From Gemmatimonadota bacterium (GTDB lineage Bacteria; Gemmatimonadota; Gemmatimonadetes; Gemmatimonadales; GWC2-71-9), in NCBI GenBank assembly GCA_039588295.1, contig JBDHAB010000006.1, positions 64,001 through 128,000 of the forward strand: a stretch of DNA of 64,000 bases, given 5' to 3'. Shown piece after piece: positions 60,646 through 64,000 of the stretch (positions are counted from its first letter, which is position 1; every line of letters starts with the position of its first letter). The position numbers and the translations under genes are program-made. The notes under the pieces were generated by a model. That model saw nothing but the letters and a program-made list of their open reading frames with translations. It was not told the origin of the DNA and did no database searches.

Positions 60646-61695
60646 TCAGAACTGCTCCGGCAGAACTCCCGTCTGCTCGTACTGGTAGGCCATCGCCTTG
60701 AGCCGCGCGACGCGCACGGCCATCGGTGGGTGAGTGGCGAAGGCGCTGGCGAAGAATCCCTCCTTGCTCGTGAGCCGCCGGCCGAGGGGATCGGCGATGC
60801 AGAGATGGGCGGTCCCCCGTTTGATCGCCTTGGTGGGCTCGGCGGCGTTCTCGATCTTGCGCAGAGCCGAGGCGAGGGCGCCGGGGTTGCGCGTGAACTG
60901 TGCGGCCGTGGCGTCGGCCAGGAACTCGCGCTTCCGGCTCACGCCGAGCGCGAGCAGCCGCGAAATCAGCGGTGCGAGGATGAGCGTGATGAGCCAGAGC
61001 ACGAGCACGATCACGGCCAGCGCGCCCGCGCCGCCCCCCTTCTTACCGCCACTACCACCACCGCCGCGCGGGCCCCCACGGCGCCCGGAGAACGAACCCC
61101 ACCGCATCATCCGGATCGCACCGTCCGACATGAGTGCAATCACGCCAACCAGCGCGGCCAGCAACGTCATCAGCTTCATGTCGTGGTTCCGGATGTGGGA
61201 CATCTCGTGGGCGACGACCGCCTGAAGCTCATCACGGTTCAGGCTCTTCATCAGGCCTTCCGTGACGGCGACGTGAGCGTCACCCTCCTTAATGCCGGTC
61301 GCGAAGGCATTGGGATCCAGGTCGGGCACCACCCACACCTTGGGCTTCGGCAGCCCGGACGCAATCGCCATTTCTTCGACCACGTTGATGAGCTGCTTTT
61401 CTTCGTCGGTGTTCGCGTCCACGAGCTGCCAGGCACCGGTGGCCCACAAGACTTGCTTCGGGCCCCGCTGGAACGCGAACCAGGCCATGCCGAGCCCGAT
61501 GGTGGTCGTCAGCAGTCCGATCCAGGGCACGGTGTGGCGGTAGGCGCCCGGCTGCGCATCGATGGTGAAGAGGTAATAGGCGAGGTCCCCACCAAACCCC
61601 ACCCAGGCGAAAAAGGCGACGAAGATCGCTACCAGGACGGCGGATCGCCGCCTGTTCGCCCGCTGCTGCGCGAAGAGATTGCTCTCGGCGCTCAC
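60646..61695 (-). CDS. htpX: M48 family zinc metalloprotease (HtpX-like)
   Basis: PNAFATG, VAHEMSH, SRKREFLADA, FATHPP. Confidence 0.9.
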   Translation of the reverse strand: MSAESNLFAQQRANRRRSAVLVAIFVAFFAWVGFGGDLAYYLFTIDAQPGAYRHTVPWIGLLTTTIGLGMAWFAFQRGPKQVLWATGAWQLVDANTDEEKQLINVVEEMAIASGLPKPKVWVVPDLDPNAFATGIKEGDAHVAVTEGLMKSLNRDELQAVVAHEMSHIRNHDMKLMTLLAALVGVIALMSDGAIRMMRWGSFSGRRGGPRGGGGSGGKKGGGAGALAVIVLVLWLITLILAPLISRLLALGVSRKREFLADATAAQFTRNPGALASALRKIENAAEPTKAIKRGTAHLCIADPLGRRLTSKEGFFASAFATHPPMAVRVARLKAMAYQYEQTGVLPEQF

Positions 61696-62287
61696 TCGCC
61701 CTTCGGCTCTTCATCGAGAGATCGACCTGCGGTACCGCGCGCTCCGCCTCGTCCGTGATCTCCCACAGCTCCACCTGCTCCGCCCGGGCGAAGCCGGCGG
61801 TCAGATTCCACGGGAACTGTTGCTGCTTCACGTTGTAGGTCGTCGCCGTGTCGTTATAGAGCTGTCGGGCGAAGGCCACGCGATTCTCCGTGGAGGTCAG
61901 CTCTTCCTGCAGCTGGCCGACGTTGCTCGTCGCCTTGAGGTCGGGATACCGCTCAACCACCACGTTCAGACGCGACAGTGCGGCCCCCAGCGCGGATTCC
62001 GCTGCGGCGAGTGCCAGTACGCCCTGCGTGGGAGAGGCATCCGCCTGGATCTTCACCGCCTGGTTCCGCGCCAGGATGACGGCTTCCAACGTGTCTTTCT
62101 CGAACTCCATCGCTCCTCGGACCGCCTCGACCAGGTTGGGAATGAGGTCGTGACGGCGCTTGAGCTGCACGTCGATCTGCTTCCAGGCGTTCTGCGTCTC
62201 GCCCTTCATACGGATGAGCGTGTTGTATGCCGAGATCGCCCAGACGACGATCGCGGCGACGACGAACAGGAAGATCCATGTGCTCAT
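61692..62287 (-). CDS. lemA: LemA family protein with an apparent 1-bp frameshift just before its natural stop
   Basis: NAWKQIDVQLKRRHDLIPNLVE, ERYPDLKA, ENRVAFARQLYND. As written, it reads through to 61289. Confidence 0.88.
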
Positions 62288-62335
62288 GTCAGCACTCCCG
62301 GGGTTACGAATGCGGGAAACGGGGGCACGACGGGC

Positions 62336-62545
62336 CTACGCGTGGCGATCGGCATCGTCGTCCGGACTCGGTTGCACGCCCGCGTCGGGGCGCGACAGTG
62401 AGATACGGCTGAGGGCGAGGCGTACGGCTTCCGCCACGGGTCCCGCCAGTGTGCCATTTGCTGCCACGGGGTGGTCCCCCCGCACGTGCAGCTCGACGCC
62501 ATCGGTCACCCGCAGCCGGTGCCAGGTGGTGGTCGATTCGCCTTG
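62336..62545 (-). pseudogene. Headless 3' fragment of a probable MerR-type regulator gene
   Basis: Frame reads QGESTTTWHRLRVTDGVELHVRGDHP...VAEAVRLAL...DRHA*. It has no start codon upstream of the conserved motif, and there is an in-frame stop at 62564-62566 inside the racemase sequence. Confidence 0.55.
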
Positions 62546-63075
62546 CGTCTGTCGGGCTCGTGCTTACCCCCGACAACGGGCGGGAGCTGGCGCGCATCGG
62601 CGAGATGCTTCGCGCGGCTGCGAACGAGCAGTTACCGGTTTCCCATCCCGAGAATCCGCAGATGGCCGGTGTGTCGATCTCGCAGCTCTCCGCGCGCCCC
62701 GACCATCCGAACGCGCATCGCAGAAACGTGGTGGTCGTGTCAACCGGAACGCTGGACTGGAACCGCCCCGAGACTTGGACGGGTGCCATCGACCGGTCGC
62801 CGTGCGGCACGGGCACCTGCGCCAAGATGGCGGCCCTGCATGCGAGAGGGGAGCTCGGATTGCACGAGGAATTCCGCCATGAGGGCATCCTGGGAACGAT
62901 CTTCACTGGACGGCTGATTCGTGAGACCCGAGTTGGACCGTACCAGGCGGTGGTCCCAACACTGACCGGGGCCGCGTGGATCACCGGAACTTGCGACTAC
63001 GTCGTGGATCCGGCAGACCCGTTTCCGGAGGGATTCCGGGTCGGAGACATCTGGGGCGCGATAGGGCAGGACTGA
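62545..63075 (+). pseudogene. Proline racemase/hydroxyproline epimerase family, C-terminal half
   Basis: ASVGLVLTPDNGRELAR..., HPENP, IDRSPCGTGTCA, EGILGTIFTG, VVPTLTGAAWITG, DPFPEGF. Confidence 0.88.
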
Positions 63076-63107
63076 AACGTCCCGCACGGGCGCATCGAGG
63101 TTGGGTC

Positions 63108-64000
63108 CTAGGTCGGGGCGCGCACGGCGAACTGGTGGCGGACGAAATCCTCCCGGAAGATCCCTTCCAGGGTGGCCACCAGGCGATCTGCATCGCCTGC
63201 TGAGAACGGAAGTGGCGGTTTGATCTTGAGCACGTTGCGGTCGGGGCCGTCCGTGCTCAACAAGATGCCGTGGTCCTTGGCCCGCTCAACGACGTAGGCG
63301 GCTTCCTCCGTGGCCGGAGTCCTTGTGACCCGATCCAGCACGAGTTCCACACCCAGGAACAAGCCTCGTCCCCGCACATCGCCGACGATGGCATGGACGT
63401 CCATGAGCGACTCCAGTCCTCGTCTGAGCCGACCCCCAACGTGTCGCGCGTGCGCTTGGAGCCCTTCCCCTTCGATCGCGTCCAATACCGCCATGCCGAC
63501 TGCACAGGAGACCGGATTCCCCCCGAAGGTGTTGAAGTACTCCATGCCGGTGTGGAATGACTCGGCGATGTCGCGGGTGGTGACGACCGCCGCCAGTGGG
63601 TGCCCGTTGCCGATCGGCTTTCCCATCGTCACGATGTCGGGAACGACATCCTGCGTTTCGAATCCCCAGAAGTGCGTGCCGACCCGACCGAACCCCACCT
63701 GGACTTCGTCCGCGATACAGACTGCGCCGTGCGTGCGCGCGTAGCGATAGGCGTCGCGCAAGTAGCCCGGCGGGAGCTCGATCTGCCCTCCGCATCCGAG
63801 CAACGTCTCGCTGAGGAACGCCGCGACCCTCCGACCGGTCCGGTGAACTGCTGCAATCGTGTCGCGGACGAACGCGGCATACTTGGCACCGCAGGCCGGG
63901 TCGTCCCGCCGGTACGGTCCGCGGTAGTCGTCCGGCATGACGACCTTGTGGACATGCGGCGGTGCGCCCCGACCGCCCGGTCCGTCGAACTTGTAGGGGC
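63108..64000 (-). CDS. Class III PLP aminotransferase / phospho-lyase-like protein, 5'-truncated by the window edge
   Basis: [53 protein letters not shown]. Confidence 0.9.
   Translation of the reverse strand, partial: PYKFDGPGGRGAPPHVHKVVMPDDYRGPYRRDDPACGAKYAAFVRDTIAAVHRTGRRVAAFLSETLLGCGGQIELPPGYLRDAYRYARTHGAVCIADEVQVGFGRVGTHFWGFETQDVVPDIVTMGKPIGNGHPLAAVVTTRDIAESFHTGMEYFNTFGGNPVSCAVGMAVLDAIEGEGLQAHARHVGGRLRRGLESLMDVHAIVGDVRGRGLFLGVELVLDRVTRTPATEEAAYVVERAKDHGILLSTDGPDRNVLKIKPPLPFSAGDADRLVATLEGIFREDFVRHQFAVRAPT

Larger units (their letters stand above)
54053..62544. other. ~8.5-kb block interrupting the proline-racemase-family gene; no recombinase or transposase
   Basis: Lies between the two collinear halves of one gene; its right edge truncates a MerR-like gene. 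Confidence 0.7.

Noticed and set aside
62510..62521. ccgcagccggtg resembling ccgcagcgccggtg at 54046-54059 as attL/attR or a target duplication
   Set aside because: Imperfect and GC-rich, and lies inside the MerR-like fragment. Recombining there would leave the racemase halves out of frame and would not restore the missing codons.
53572..63075. Intron- or intein-mediated split of the racemase gene
   Set aside because: No reverse transcriptase/maturase, homing endonuclease or intein motifs; conserved coding sequence is lost at the junction.

Overview
GC-rich, gene-dense bacterial chromosomal segment. Several cytoplasmic and membrane Ser/Thr kinase-TPR proteins, a tricorn protease and a VPS10/BNR protein suggest a Gemmatimonadota-like organism (inference). 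It holds about 45 CDSs. Metabolic genes: GH20 hexosaminidase, large single-chain PurL, acyl-CoA oxidase/dehydrogenase, PdxH, PckA with an aspartate aminotransferase, a Tat-exported PaoABC-like molybdoenzyme, HisN-like and PhoD-like phosphatases, GGT (broken) and a MacAB-like exporter. Signalling and redox genes: a GAF/PAS histidine kinase with a receiver and a DHp-REC-Ser/Thr kinase fusion, an HD-GYP regulator, an octaheme lipoprotein cytochrome and a diheme cytochrome-TPR protein. I saw no rRNA, tRNA, CRISPR array, integrase or transposase. Most notable: (1) a proline-racemase-family gene split by an ~8.5 kb recombinase-free block that ends in a headless MerR-like gene; (2) inside that block, a complete sigma-54 circuit readable from the DNA: an enhancer-binding protein with an unrecognised sensor domain, two phased palindromes, a canonical -24/-12 promoter and a divergent membrane protein + M14-like peptidase operon; (3) a phosphorelay-to-Hanks-kinase fusion; (4) several deletion or frameshift scars that may be real erosion or assembly artefacts. 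All family assignments come from motif recognition by eye, not from database searches.
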